Source: Octopus sinensis | Lineage: Eukaryota | NCBI RefSeq assembly: GCF_006345805.1 | Contig: NC_043015.1 | Coordinates: 16,492,001-16,556,000 of the forward strand | Direction of reading: 5' to 3' | DNA: 64,000 nt | Shown here: positions 51,303 through 64,000 of the stretch, one piece after another | How the letters are laid out: every line of letters begins with the position of its first letter | How positions within the stretch are numbered: the stretch's first letter is position 1 | Program-made: the position numbers and the translations under genes | Notes under the pieces: generated by a model | Databases searched by the model: none | What the model saw: the letters and a program-made list of their open reading frames with translations, nothing else | Told to the model about the DNA's origin: nothing

Positions 51303-51712
51303 CAGTAATGATGGCAGCAATAATATGACAATAATGTCATTGTCATTTGTCTTTATCATCACAATAATTGTCAGCATAGTCATCACAGTAATCAGCAAAT
51401 CATCGCTTATCTCATTCTTCAAAGGAAACTCTTCCTTCTGTGTAAAATGTATTTGAAAATATAAGCTATTTCAGCATTTATAAGTGCTGTTAACCCCACC
51501 CTTGGGTGTTTTATCAATAAAGCTTAGATCAATGAGATTATAATCTTAGGAGAGAAACATTTGTGATGTAAGCCAAATTCATGTTCTTTTCTCTAAAGAT
51601 AGGATAAACAGATTACAGATAATGGGGATTAGATTAGAAATTGAATAAAGTGTAGATCTCAATTAGGAGTTAGCATTTATGAATTTAATTATTATAAACT
51701 TCATTTTACAAA

Positions 51713-52160
51713 CTATGTCATTTTTCTTTCATTTTGTCGTTTTAGAAAGATCAGTAGAGAGAAAAAGAGTAAAAGAAATGGATAAAAGATAGAATGACTT
51801 AAGAAAGGAAGAATAAAGGAAAGAGGAGGGAAAGAGGAAAAGTAAAGGGAGGATGAAAGAGAAAAGATGTAAAGTGAGGGAAAGTAAAGAATTAAAGAGG
51901 GAAGAGAGTTAACAGACAAACTATAGGGGAAAGTAAAAGGAAAACGAAGAAATGGGGGACATGTAAAAAAAAAAGAAGTAGAGAAGAAATAATGAAAGAA
52001 GTAAAGGAGAAATAATAATGTGCTAATGAGTAAAGGAAGATATAGATAGAGGAGGATTATACACAGAGAGAGTGTGTGTGTAAAAGAGAGGAAACAGAAA
52101 GGGAGATAGAGTAAAGATAATACGTTGATTTCTTTTGAGGAGACAGGAAATGTCATGTTT
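51713..52160. repeat. GA-rich low-complexity tract
   Basis: Polypurine plus strand. It produces the spurious F/L/S-rich ORF 51713-52156. Confidence 0.8.
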
Positions 52161-52880
52161 AGTTTAGATTAAAAGCTTCAGTTTCCCTTCACCTTAAAAC
52201 ACAGTTTTTCAAATAGGTTTTTGGGTGTAGTGAGGAGACAGGCATTAGGAGACTAGGGCAGTTCCCATAGCTTTCACTGGCCTCCTGAGACTGGTGAGAT
52301 CAATATCATTAATGTTCCACTTGAACCATTGCAAGTCAACATCTGCAGAAAAGACATGAGCAGAAAAAGTTTCAGAGGGAGGACATTTTTGGAAGGACTG
52401 GACATAAGGATCGATGTGGGTCCAGTGGGGATTGAACATAATAAGAGTGACAAGAGGAGGAGAGATGAGTGGGCTGGGAATTCTCAAGTGAAGATGGCAA
52501 AAGCCAAGCCAGTTCTGCTACTTCTGAAGAATAGAGACCATTATAGTACAGTAGAAAAGGCAAAGAGAGGAGTTAAGAGGCCTTTGGGCCAGAAGCTGGA
52601 GTGTCTGTGAGCAACTTCATGCTCTCAGTTAGATTACTATTTTCAGGATGTTGTCTAGGGTGTGTGTGCAACAGTAGCACCATCCCAGATGTAAGAGCAA
52701 TACTCCATAGTGCTGGCACAGGATTGATGGGAATTTTTTAGGTCAACCTTTTAGTAGCCTCTTACAACATGCATGGATACAGTATACTTATTTGAATGAT
52801 AGGTATACTGATATACACATGATCAAAAATATAGATGAAATGTTTCAGACATACTGAAAAAAAATCAATGGAAACAACTA

Positions 52881-53096
52881 TGAAGGGATGCTGGAAAGTT
52901 CCTGGTTTGGATAAAAGAAAATACAGGAGGATCAATTAATTATGATTTTATTCAACATATTCCCCTCTCAGATTTACAAACTTATTGCAGTGGTCCTTCA
53001 GATTTTCTAAACCCTTTAAAAGAACTTGGAAATTTAGGCCTCCAACCAGGTCTTTCATGATACCCTTAAAGTCAGGAACTTTCCAGCACTCCCTCA
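52881..53096. mobile_element. mariner-type MITE
   Basis: TA|tgaagggatgctggaaagttcctg ... caggaactttccagcactccctca|TA. Confidence 0.78.
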
Positions 53097-54247
53097 TAAA
53101 CAGTGAATAGGTGTATAAGACGATTAATTTTAAGGTGAAAAGAAAGAAACAGAATTCAACATTTCAGACATTGGGAGGTAATATTTATCCCCACTTAAAA
53201 CATATATGATTTATTAGAACAAACTATACTGTGGTAGTTACCATGAGAGAAACTCTCATATTGGCTTTTTGATGCAAAATGCACTCTTGTTTATATTCTA
53301 GTGAGGAGATAAAAATTCCTGCTAGAACAGCTACATTTAAGTAGAGATAAATATTACCTCTTGGTAGTAATAATACTGCTGTAACTAATAAATATTTCAG
53401 ACTGTTTCTTTGTCAAGTACACTCAGAGAAGAAAGGTCCATCAAAGCAGTGTTTACAATGATAGTGATATGGGGGAGATTAATAATGGAAGTGACTTGAG
53501 AAGAATGATGTTTTACAACCAAAAGTGTGTTTTTTAGCTAAAACAGATAAGGTGTGAGAATGCGTTATGAATATGTGTGCTTTCAAACCTAGACAAATAA
53601 ATTTTGAAAGTATGTTATGTAAATGAAAGGGTGAGTATGTTGTATGAGTAGGTGTATGTGTGTGTTGTGCTACGTGAGTGGTGTGCAAAAAGCATAATAG
53701 TATACGTGTGTGATAGGTAGTATGTGTGTGGAGACAGAAGGAACTGTGAAGTACACAGGAGGGCATTTATCAGTGTGTGTGTGTGTTTGGGATCTCAGAA
53801 GAAGATAGTGTTAATAAAGGAAAACATGGTGATCATTAATTCTAGTTGGATAAGCTGTGTTTACTGAAGATTAGCTTCTGTTCATGGGGCAAACAAGAGA
53901 CAGGTGATCCATAGTATAAAACAACACCACAAACAGAGAGGTGCATGTAGATGTGGTCATGAGAATTGAATTGGTGAGTTACAGATATTTATATCTGATG
54001 CTCACTAAAAGATCTACCAATCTCTAACTTATTTCTTTAATATACAGCAAGCCATATAAAGCTGGAATTTCATGCAGTAATGTTTTTGGTGGTACAAGTG
54101 ATATGATATTTTGCATGAAGAAACAAGTCTTGTAATGGGAGAGAGCGCAGTCAATGGATCCAAACTGAGTGTGATGAGGATAAAAGAGCTATCAACTAGA
54201 ATGTCATGGTGCTTTGTTACATCTGATAGTGGGGAGAGGATCTTCAA

Positions 54248-55194
54248 GGAAGATGTGGGAAATAGCAGCATCAGATTGAAGGAGACAGATTTGACCTAGG
54301 ATATATGGTAGACAAGGGTTAAGAGAAGGCCAGTACTTCATATGACAGTAGAGGTGTGGACAATAATACTGGCCCATCAGTAAGTGACATCAATGGCTAG
54401 TTGGGTTTACCGACATTATGTGGAGTAAACGATTTGATGTGATAAGGTATTGAAGTTGGAGCCAAGGCTACAGTAGTGGCAAAAGCAAAGGAATTGTGAG
54501 TAAAGGACAAAAGATTTGGTATGAGTGAGATAGGTATGACCTCATTTCAGGTCTTACAGGTTCCCTCCACAGTAGAGATCGGCATTTCTTTACACAACTG
54601 TCCTCGTCCATATGCATCACATGACCATACCAGAATAGTCATCTCTCTTGCACACCACATCTGATTCCTCTTATGCCTAACTTTTCTCTCCAGATGCTTA
54701 CACTTTGTCGAACATGCACACTGACATTGCACATCCAGTGAAGCATACTGGCTTCATTTCTCTCAAGCCTATGCATGTCCTTGGCTGTCATAGCCCATGT
54801 TTCACTGCCATGCAGCATAGCTGTTTGCAAACAGGCATCAAACAATCTGCCTTTCACTCTGTGAGACAAGCTCTTTGTTGCCAGCAGGGGTAGGAGCTCT
54901 CTGAACTTTGCCTGTCCTAATCTTATTTTCACAGCATCCACCTCCACTACTAACTTGACCACCTAGATAACGGAAGCTTTCTACTATCTCTAGTTTGCCC
55001 CCCACCTGGCAGTTGACAGAATCTATTTTCTGCCCATTTTCAGCGTTTATTGTACCTGTGCATCTTCCACATACAAAAGCTAGTTTTCCTGTCAATCTTC
55101 CTCTGATATTGCTGCACCTTTTATGTGTCCAAAGCTTACACTGGGTGCATCTTATGGAGCTTCTAGCTACACCTTTTCTACAGATTGAGCAGGG
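54248..55194. repeat. ~950-bp duplicated block, copy B
   Basis: Matches 49077-50025. Here the RTE continues past the block boundary. Confidence 0.93.
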
Positions 55195-56720
55195 CCATAT
55201 ACCTGAAAGGATTTGTGATTTGTCTGCCTTCTTATTTACTAAGACTTTGGTTTTTGCTAGGTTAACTCTAAAGCCCTTCGATTTTAGACCTTGCTTCCAT
55301 ACTTGGAACTTCTTCTCTAGTACAGGTAGTGATTCAGCTATAAGAGCAAGGTCATCAGCATCGAGGAGCTCCCAGGGACAGACTGTCTTAAATTCCTCTG
55401 TTATTGCTTATGATGAACAAGACATCCTTGTACCCTGAATTCTTTGTTGTACTCATTACCATCCCTCACCTTACTTGTAGCATCCCAGTACATAGCTTGT
55501 ACAGCTCTCACCAACCACTCATCTACCCCTACTTTCTGCATTGACAACCAGATAAGGGATCAGGGGACCCTGTCAAAGGCTTTCTCCAAGTCAACAAAGG
55601 CCAAATACAGAGGTTTATCTTTGGCTATGAATTTCTCCTGCAGCTACTTCACCAGAAATATAACAATATAACATCAGTGGTGCTTCTCCCTGGCACAAAA
55701 CCAAACTGCATCTCATCTAAGCTAACTCCCTCTCTCTCTTATTAGTTGGGTTATGACTCTCTCCATAACTTTCATCACCAGATCCAACAATTTGATACCA
55801 CTGTAATTATTTCTATCTAAGGCATCACCTTTACCTTTGAAGCAGTTGACTATGGTGCTGCTTTACCAGTCATTAGGTATGACTCCTTTGTGAACCACCA
55901 GATTTACAATACAGGTAACTAGACCATAACCCATACTGTCAGATATTTTAAGCATCTCAGTGGAGATTCCTGATGGGCTGGGAGCCCTTTCCTGTCTTCA
56001 TATCCTTAATTGCTTTTTCTACCATGGAACTGTTGATTCAGATAACCAGCCCCACAATTGTGTTAACATTTAGCAGACTCTCTTCCTCCCACTCATTCTC
56101 CACATTCAGCAGTCTTTCATAATGGCATTTCCAAGCCTCTTTCTTTGCAGAATCATTACATGCAAGTGCACCATCATCCATGCAAAAACATTTCTTTCCT
56201 ATGACATCACAATTTTCTCTCACAGGCTGTCTTGCAATCTGAAACACTTCAGTTCTTTGGTCCTCATATTGCTGAACACAGGCAAACTTCTTTCCTGCTT
56301 CTCCTTTGGCTAGATATACATGTCTCCTAGTAGCCCTTCTAGCAATCTGATACAGTACCTTGCTACCCCCATTCTTCCAGGCCAGTTTCTTAGCTCTAAT
56401 GGTCCCATCTACCACATCGTTCCACCACCACGTTACTCTAGGTCTAGATGGGACTTTACACCGGCCACAGATTTGGGCTGTGGCACTCAGCAAGATGTCC
56501 CTCAGGAATTCCCAGTTGCCCTCTGTCACAATTCTGTAGCTCCCCCACTTTTGCATCGAATTTCTTAGTTAGGATGTCCCTAAATCTCTGACCATATGAA
56601 GTGGGGTGGTGGGGGTGACCTTTCTTCTAAAGCTAAGTAGTCCCTCTACAAGAACCTGCTCACACTTCTTCTTTCATACTTTAACTCTTGGCATCAGAAA
56701 TGCATTCTGCCAAAATAGAC
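54545..56720 (-). mobile_element. Decayed RTE-clade LINE (post-endonuclease region, RT and 3' part)
   Basis: PRVTWWWNDVV, WKCHYERLLNVEN, ESFRYLG, MLHGSETW, LERNEASMLHWMC. Multiple frameshifts and deletions. Confidence 0.88.
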
Positions 56721-59049
56721 ACTGTAGCATGCTGGACTGTCAAATCATCTAACCCATGGAATGTGGACATTAAATAATGAAGTTGATTGTAAATATAAGA
56801 CAACTCTGGAATATTAGAGAAAATTCAACAGATTTATAGTACCTGTACCACCCACAACCATCTTTGTTGCATCTCCACAAAAATAAAAATGTTCTGTAAT
56901 ATGATTTCTTATAGTTCTTTCTCACAGTTCTTACACCTCAAATGTTCTGTAATATGAGAAATTTTGTTAGCACTCAAATATTAAGGAAACCCATTTGTCC
57001 ATGTTAATTAGATTTTAACAATGAGTAATTCATGAAGATACTGCTTTATGAAAAATGAAAAAAAAAATCAAGAAATTTAGCTTATTGCATTTGTATTGTC
57101 TAGTAATCTCATTATTTTGTCACATAGATTGAATAAACCAGAATATAAATAATAGATTTGATTGGGATACAGTCAAGTATATTAACAGTGCTAGCTTGTA
57201 GATGCTGGATAAAAGACTTAGTGTGTTCATAATAACAATAATCTAGATGTATAACCATTGTGTATATACTTAATATATACTTAAACTTAAAATATCCTAA
57301 CTGTAAAGTAAAATTGTTGCTAATTAATCTATTCTTTATGTTGATTATTTTCCTCCTTTAAAATGTGAAAATTTACTATTACAACTAAAATGTGGACTAA
57401 TTTTTCATGATCACTTTCATATGTGTAAATAACAAATTATGCTATCCTTATCATTGGGTATCCCTTGATAGTTCTGCATGCTAAAGAGCATAATAAGGGA
57501 TAGAACAAGGAGCAGTTTTATTTGTGGCTTTTCTGTTGTTAATTATGGTCATGCTGACTTTAAATTTAGAAGCTAAAACATATGTATCCTTTAAAGACTG
57601 TAAGTAGCAACACTGGAAAAGGTTTGGATGCCACATTGAGCAGATGTAACAACATCATGGCCTTGAAACACATTTAGCTGACTTTATATCCAAAAGCAAA
57701 CAAGCATAATAAAGAGAATAATTTCTTCCTTTTAACAAAAGTAGGAAACCAGGTCAGTACAGAGTTTTTACTTGTAATTCTAAACATTATTTTATTTTTG
57801 AAAGCTTCAAATAAAATGTTACTTAAGTATCTTCAAAACATCTAGACTTTGAAAATATCCTTCTGAGATTAAACACTGTCGGTAATTATGAGAGAGAGAG
57901 GTGGGGGGGGGAGTCTTAAATAACATATTGGAAGTTTATTGACTTTAATGTTATTTATCTGATTTCATTTGAATTGTTAATGCATTTCAACTCTAAACAA
58001 AGAATTTTTTTTTATTCACCCATCTTTGGATACAAATTTGCCAGAGTTTATTGATGCAGCAAATATATTCCAAAGATAATAAGGCTGAACTGCTTCCTGC
58101 TATCCCAAGAGAAAATGTTGAGTTATGTGGAATTTTAGGAGTATTAGCTACTTAATATTTATGTTGGTATATTGAAAACTTTCTGGGGAAATAATAGAAG
58201 CAGCTAAACACTAAGCTGAATATTTAGGAATATATATAAATTGTGTGTGTTGCTCAATTTTGCCTCTTAAACTGCTGAATGAAAGTAGTTGAAGGCTGGT
58301 TATTAAAATAAAAATACATGTGTAACTAAACTAAAATTCATTAACATAATGTTAGAAGGTAATGTATGTTACAATAATTACTAGAACACCAATATAGCAG
58401 AGGTTATGAATAAATAAATATAAGTCATAACTAGATGCATTTTACCTTCTTATGAAATAAGGTCCCCCAAGAGTTCAAAACCAGCTGTTCATGAGAACTG
58501 TTGTATATCAATGGCATAACTTTCAAACATTCAGTTGCAGATCTAGAATTTAGTCAACCTAGCAAAACCAAAGGTTTAGTTAGCAGAAAAGGAAACAGGA
58601 CACTAATACAATCTGAGATCTGAGAAGTGGTCATACTTGATATGCAGAAATGAAGTTGGTAGAATTCTATGCTGTGTGCATAAAAGGTGCATTGGCGGTT
58701 TTGGACAAACTCACAGAAAAGTGTATCTCATTATAGAAATCTTTCAAATATCCAGAAGATCCCTTCTAGTTAATAGATTCTGTCCTCTTCTTAAACAGAA
58801 ATGAGGATGGTTGGGGCAAAATCTTAGTAGCAAGAGTAAGGACTAAGATTTTGTAGGCCAAGAAAATACTTAAGTGGATCAATCACAAACTAATGTAGGT
58901 GATAATGAAAATAACAAAATAGTGGCCATTCACTGCTTGATTCCAAAATATCTTTTTATAAACTTTATCTGCAATGGAGATCTATTTATAGACGAAATGA
59001 TCATGAGATTGCACCTAGAAAGTTACCCTCCAAGGCACAAATCCGGGCA

Positions 59050-59265
59050 AGGTTGTTTTGTGGAAGACCAGTAGTTGCTCATGCATACCAGTCTCTCCTC
59101 TTCACACCACTGACATTATCCAAGGGAAAGGCAACTATTGATACAGCTAGGCATTAGTGACATCTCAACAATTTCAAGAACACAATGCACAGACTAGTCC
59201 TGGAATTGAACTCACAACCTCACGATTATGAGCCCAACACTCTACCCACTGAGCCATGTACCTTC
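59050..59265 (-). mobile_element. tRNA-headed SINE (another family)
   Basis: Minus strand starts gtgaaggtacatggctcagtgggtagagtgttgggc...gagttcaattccagg (A/B-box-like). Confidence 0.6.
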
Positions 59266-59819
59266 ACATGTATTAGATAAATTACATAAAACTACAACAG
59301 AATGTGAACTGCAATAATTTTAATTCCTCAAAATAGAACAATTAGAATACACTCAAGTCTTTTGAGATCATTTGTTTATAAATATGAAGTACTGACTAAA
59401 TTTCCAGAATCTTTATATTTATATCAAATCAAACATTAAATTTTGCTGCATTTCAATAATGCTTTAATCAATATCAGAAAATAATTTATCCAGTTAACAA
59501 AATTATTTAATTATCCAGTATGCAAATAAGCAGTATCAGCTATATTTTTCAGGCATCTTTGACCTCTGTTTCATTCATTTAAGAACATAAAATAATTTTC
59601 TTGAAATATGATGGTGGTAGTAAAATGTTAAAAGTGACTTAGTAGTAGTAGTAGTTGCTATTATTGCTTTGTGATGAAAAACAATTGTTTAATTTATTTC
59701 AAACATTCAACTTTTGTATTCAAACCACAAGTGTGTGTTCATTTTTATTGTAAATAATAGCAGCCAACTTTCAGTCAAAGTATCCCATGATGCTCTTTAA
59801 TGTGAGGTAACGATAATGA

Positions 59820-60130
59820 TTTCATAACATTTGCCAGCATTTCAAAAATGCAGTCTCTCTACTACTTGCCAGTTCCTTGCTGAGTGACAAGGAAATCCAA
59901 GTAATGGAACCATGATTTCCTCTTCAATAACTAAATCGATGTTGGACAGCTGCTACTCACATGTTTGTTCAGTTTGACTTCTCAGTATGTAACTGTGAAA
60001 ATCATTTATTCATCAGTGGATGTGGAGCTTTCGTTGGCCAGATTCTTCAATATCAACCTTGTAGCCATCACCAAGGGAACACTCTTTAGTGGTTTGATCA
60101 ATTTCTTGTACAGCACAGTCTTCGAGGTAT
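59820..60130 (-). mobile_element. Possible decayed LINE APE endonuclease fragment
   Basis: DCAVQE...GDGYKV resembles the I..LQE / GY....SG motifs. Stops are present. Confidence 0.35.
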
Positions 60131-60624
60131 GACTATATATTTAGTTGAAATGAAGTCAGTTTGACCATCTGGGTATCTGATATGAATATAGTAACAAATA
60201 ATATCAATCAGTTTAACTTGATTGACCTTTGGTTCACATTTTTTGTTAGGGAGTAAACAAAATGTCTCTGAATTCAAAAAGCAATTTAGTTAGATAATAT
60301 TCCAGTGACTTGCAACACCAGCTGTTAAATTAGTCTTTGATGAGACATCAGTTTAGTCGCAGTATAAAGAAGAGACTCACATGGAGAGATTCTCCTAAAA
60401 TTTCACTCCATTTTACTGGCAGTTCCCTTAAATGAAGAGCTAGTATTACTGTTCTCCATAGAGTTCTATTTAGACATTCTACTTGACTATTTCTAATAAG
60501 ATGCTAAAAAATTCTAGTTTGAACGATATCAACACCGCCAAAAAGTACAAACATCTCAGACATAAATGGACTGAAGCTAGAGCACCAAACCTTCTTATGG
60601 CTGTGTTCCAACCTGGGTCACAGC

Positions 60625-60960
60625 AACAAAGTCCATCCACCACACCTCTCAGTCCAACATCACTGCTTCAAGGTCCTGGATACATTCCAGGCCAGTGTCT
60701 GATCAAGACATTGATGTAAGTGTGATGGTGTTTTCTTCTTGCATCACCAAGAATCCACAAGACTAATCTGGATGCTTCTAGTTCAGGGTGGTACATGCAG
60801 TAACCAGATAGTTGCAGCTGTCTTTGCCTAATCTTCTTGCTAAGTTTCCGCAGGTCTCCATAAAGGCGTTCATTTGTCAAATGTTGCTGCCATTCTACAT
60901 TTAGAATTACTGTATAAACTGTCATACTTGGATACACAATACAAAGAGAAACTTCAAATA
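60625..60960 (-). mobile_element. RTE-type LINE 3' end
   Basis: LNVEWQQHLTNERLYGDLRKLSKKIRQRQLQLSGYC...SRLVLW. Confidence 0.8.
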
Positions 60961-61584
60961 TTCAGCTATAATCACAAGTAAGTAGCAGCAGGAGTGAGAC
61001 AAAGGTAGAGTTTAGTTGAAGTTGATAGTATTTGTTCACATGGTTGTATGGACTTGATAAGTTTGGCAGAAGGAGGTTAATAGAATTGTGTTTGCTATTC
61101 TAAGAATGTAACACATCACAATGGCAATTTCTTAGATCTGACATAGTGCCATAAGTGAGTCCCTCCAATTAACACAAAAGCTTATATAAATCCATGATTC
61201 CAAGAGATGTTATAGAGGAGCATCTAGTAAAAACAACAGCAGCTGTATTATAATTTATCAGGTTTTTGTTAGATGTCAGAGTGATTATTCAATGTGCCTA
61301 TGAAGATTCTAATACATCATTTTCACCTACATTTGTGACTAAAAATAAATGTTATTGCTTGTGGATCAGTCTGCAATATAAGATAGCCATGAAAAATATT
61401 AAGTTCCTAAAAATCTCTTTTTCAAATGATGGGAAGATATTTTATTCAGGACGAGGAAGAGTTTTTGAAGCAGAAGGCATCAGGTTTGTTTTACTGTGAA
61501 AGTAAGCCTGAAATTTTACTTCTAGTTTCAGCATGAGTTGAAACTTTAGTTAAAGTAGATAAGATAGAATCAATAACTTTATAT

Positions 61585-61700
61585 CCTGGGCTCAAATCTT
61601 GCTGGAGTCGACTTTGTCTTTCATCCTTTCAGGGTCAATAAAATAAGTACCAGTTGAGGGCTGGGGTTAATGTGATCAACTTATCCCCATCCCCTGATAA
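61585..61700 (+). mobile_element. SINE family A, 3' half
   Basis: gtcgactttgtctttcatcctttcagggtcaataaaataagtaccagttgagggctggggtt. Confidence 0.75.
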
Positions 61701-63047
61701 ATAATATCTAGGTATCTTTTTTTGTAAATGGAACTCAACCAATTACAATCATGTCAACAAGAGTGTCTCTTGTGTGGTTATTTAACCTGCTAGACATAAC
61801 TGCCAAATCTCTGTCAGATCACAATCTACCATATTTAAAAAATAAAAGGCACATTAGACAGTGACATCCCGAATAAATAATCACAGCCATTGCTCAACAG
61901 GTCTATTTCATCAGAGCTCACCTGGAGCTAAACAACAATAATTAAAATTTCTAATGATTTTTGTCAAATCTGTCTGTAACATAACTTCCGGTTTTCTCTT
62001 TCCTATGTATAACTATGCATGTATGTATGCATCCATGCATATATGTATGTAAGTTCGCTATCTCTCCATGTATTTACGCAAAAGAAGGCTTAGTTACTCA
62101 TAAATTCAGCCAGTTAACACAATGATGACTCCCTAACTAGAATATTGTTGATGTTATTGTGGTTTAATCTGAGATCAGCCCTGACTGAGTGGAACTAGTA
62201 TCGAAGGCTTTGCTGCTGTAAATATTTCTATCTTGTTATTATCATGTCCTTCCTCTTTTTTTTAAAGATTGTATGCTGTGACTTGAGGGAGATTTGGTTG
62301 TTATTACTATTAGATTAGGGACTTCCTTATTTGTTTGACTAAAGTATAGTTAAATCCAGAGGGGCATTACTTCAATTTTCCAAGGAAGATGTGACAATGG
62401 TTGAAACTATAACAGAAGAATAAATATTGCACCAACTATTTAAGGTTACAACCCAAACATCTGACCTGAAAATTGGGGGCACAAATGAATATTTGCTACC
62501 AATGTATTGTAGCTATGAATATATGTTTCTAGGTTAACATATAAAATCAAATTGTGTAAAATAGTTGCTGACAGTTTTAATAGGAAACAGACAAAACTGA
62601 AAGATGATGGAGCTGCATAAATGGACAAATAGATTTTTAAGTGGAAATAAAAAATGAATAATAGAATCTGCAGGGAAAACATATGAATAACTCAAATAGA
62701 CATAAGAATTGTGAAGAAAAATAGTGTTGCTGGAAGTAGGTGACAGCTACACAGTAGCTCCCCTAATTAAAACAACTTGGTTGAATGTTACTAGGTAAAA
62801 ATGAACATCTAGTTCCTTTTAATTTAGAATCTTGCTCACTTTCTTGTCATGGCCTTGAAAGTGACAGCTGAAACATAAAATGGATGCTTCAAAATTTCTA
62901 AGCCTTTTCTGTTAATTCAAGAGCTCTGTTTTCTTTATTAATGTGTTTGTGTATGTCTATTTGTGCATCTGTGTTTCAGTGTCTGTTTGTGCACCGTGTG
63001 TATCTGTATGTGCATATGTGAGAGAGTGTGTGTGTGTAATAAAACAA

Positions 63048-63258
63048 ATATTGATTTCAAAATTTGGCACATAGCCAGGGGATGGGATAAGTCGATCCCG
63101 TTGACCCCAGCCCTCAACTGGTACTTATTTTATTGACCCTGAAAGAATGAAGGACAAAGTTGACCCTAGCAGAATTTGAACTCAGGATGTAAACATGGAC
63201 AAAGTGCTGCTAAGCATTTCCCCCAGTATACTAACAATTCTACCAGCTCGCTGCCTTA
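63048..63258 (-). mobile_element. SINE family A
   Basis: Reverse-complement core ending ccagctcgctgcctt. Confidence 0.8.
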
Positions 63259-64000
63259 AACAATACAAATATTGTCAAGTCTTTTCGTGATGATATGAGA
63301 GCATGTTGTAATTGATGAAAGACACTCAGATACTATTTTCACCGTTTTCAATCAGTGGTGATGTAAAACAGGAGACTGTTACTCCTCCTGCACTATTTAC
63401 TAATATATTTCACAATAGCCTAATTTTTCAATTGCTCTTTGAGTATTTATATACACTACTGCACAACTCAAATGGAGCAATTCTAAATCACAGAGTTTTG
63501 TATCTGTGGTGAGAGACCTTTTGTCCAAATTACTACGGAAAAAATTTTGACATGTGACCTGATCAGCCATACCAGAAATCTTGATAAAACTATTATTCTT
63601 TATCAGCCTGCCCTGGAAAGCTTTGGTGTGGATTCTAAAATAACAGTATATGACAATAATTTGTAAAACAGATTTTCCCTCAAATATCCTGGCATCATAT
63701 TAAACAGGAGATACAGCTGTTAAACGCGCTTGCATGCGTGCACATGTGTGTGTTTTTTGAAAGTTTTCAAAAGCACTATGACAGTTCAGAATATGAGACA
63801 AGTTAGTTTAGCTTTCAATGTAGTTCAATGATATGGAGCATTGCAGGAAAAAGCTGACAGACGTTTACAAGGCTGTATGTGTAGAGATAAGGACTACCCC
63901 AGAGTCTTCAGAGACTATTTTACATTAAAATAGTCCTCACTTTTCTCAATCAAATTTTTGATTTTTCAAAACTAGTTTCTTTTAACATGGTATTTATTGA

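Noticed and set aside
51713-52156. 147-aa hydrophobic ORF resembling a membrane protein
   Set aside because: Product of a GA/CT low-complexity tract.
52230-52620. Coding-like stretch (ORFs 52245-52610)
   Set aside because: Likely an ancient LINE fragment, but motifs are too degraded to call.
47118-64000. Candidate AIF1 first exons (ATG TCA G|gtattt near 51050; ATG GTT GTG GGT GGT ACA G|gtacta near 56842; ATG G|gtgaat near 58020)
   Set aside because: All are phase-compatible but have weak donors and no similarity to known AIF1 N-termini. They cannot be distinguished from chance, and exon 1 may lie outside the window.

Overview
AT-rich animal genomic DNA, dense in microsatellites and transposable elements. 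The SINE/LINE complement resembles octopus (coleoid cephalopod) repeats; this is inferred from recalled repeat families, not from a search. The only host gene I can support is an AIF1/Iba1-like EF-hand gene on the minus strand. Four phase-consistent GT-AG exons lie at 47056-47117, 32124-32190, 30414-30455 and 25809-25971, and their sizes and phases match the vertebrate AIF1 exon pattern as I recall it. The first and last coding exons could not be located. The rest is intronic/intergenic sequence holding decayed or non-autonomous elements: CR1-type, RTE, R4/Dong-type and Penelope-like retroelements, two Gypsy-family elements, a solo LTR, Merlin and Chapaev-like transposase remnants, a Helitron cluster, piggyBac/Tc1-mariner-type MITEs and several SINE families, often nested. 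I found no convincing novel biological system. The most interesting observations are the unresolved AIF1 3' end, a ~0.8-kb palindromic element with an 8-bp TSD inside a Merlin transposase, a ~0.95-kb local duplication and long inverted repeat pairs.
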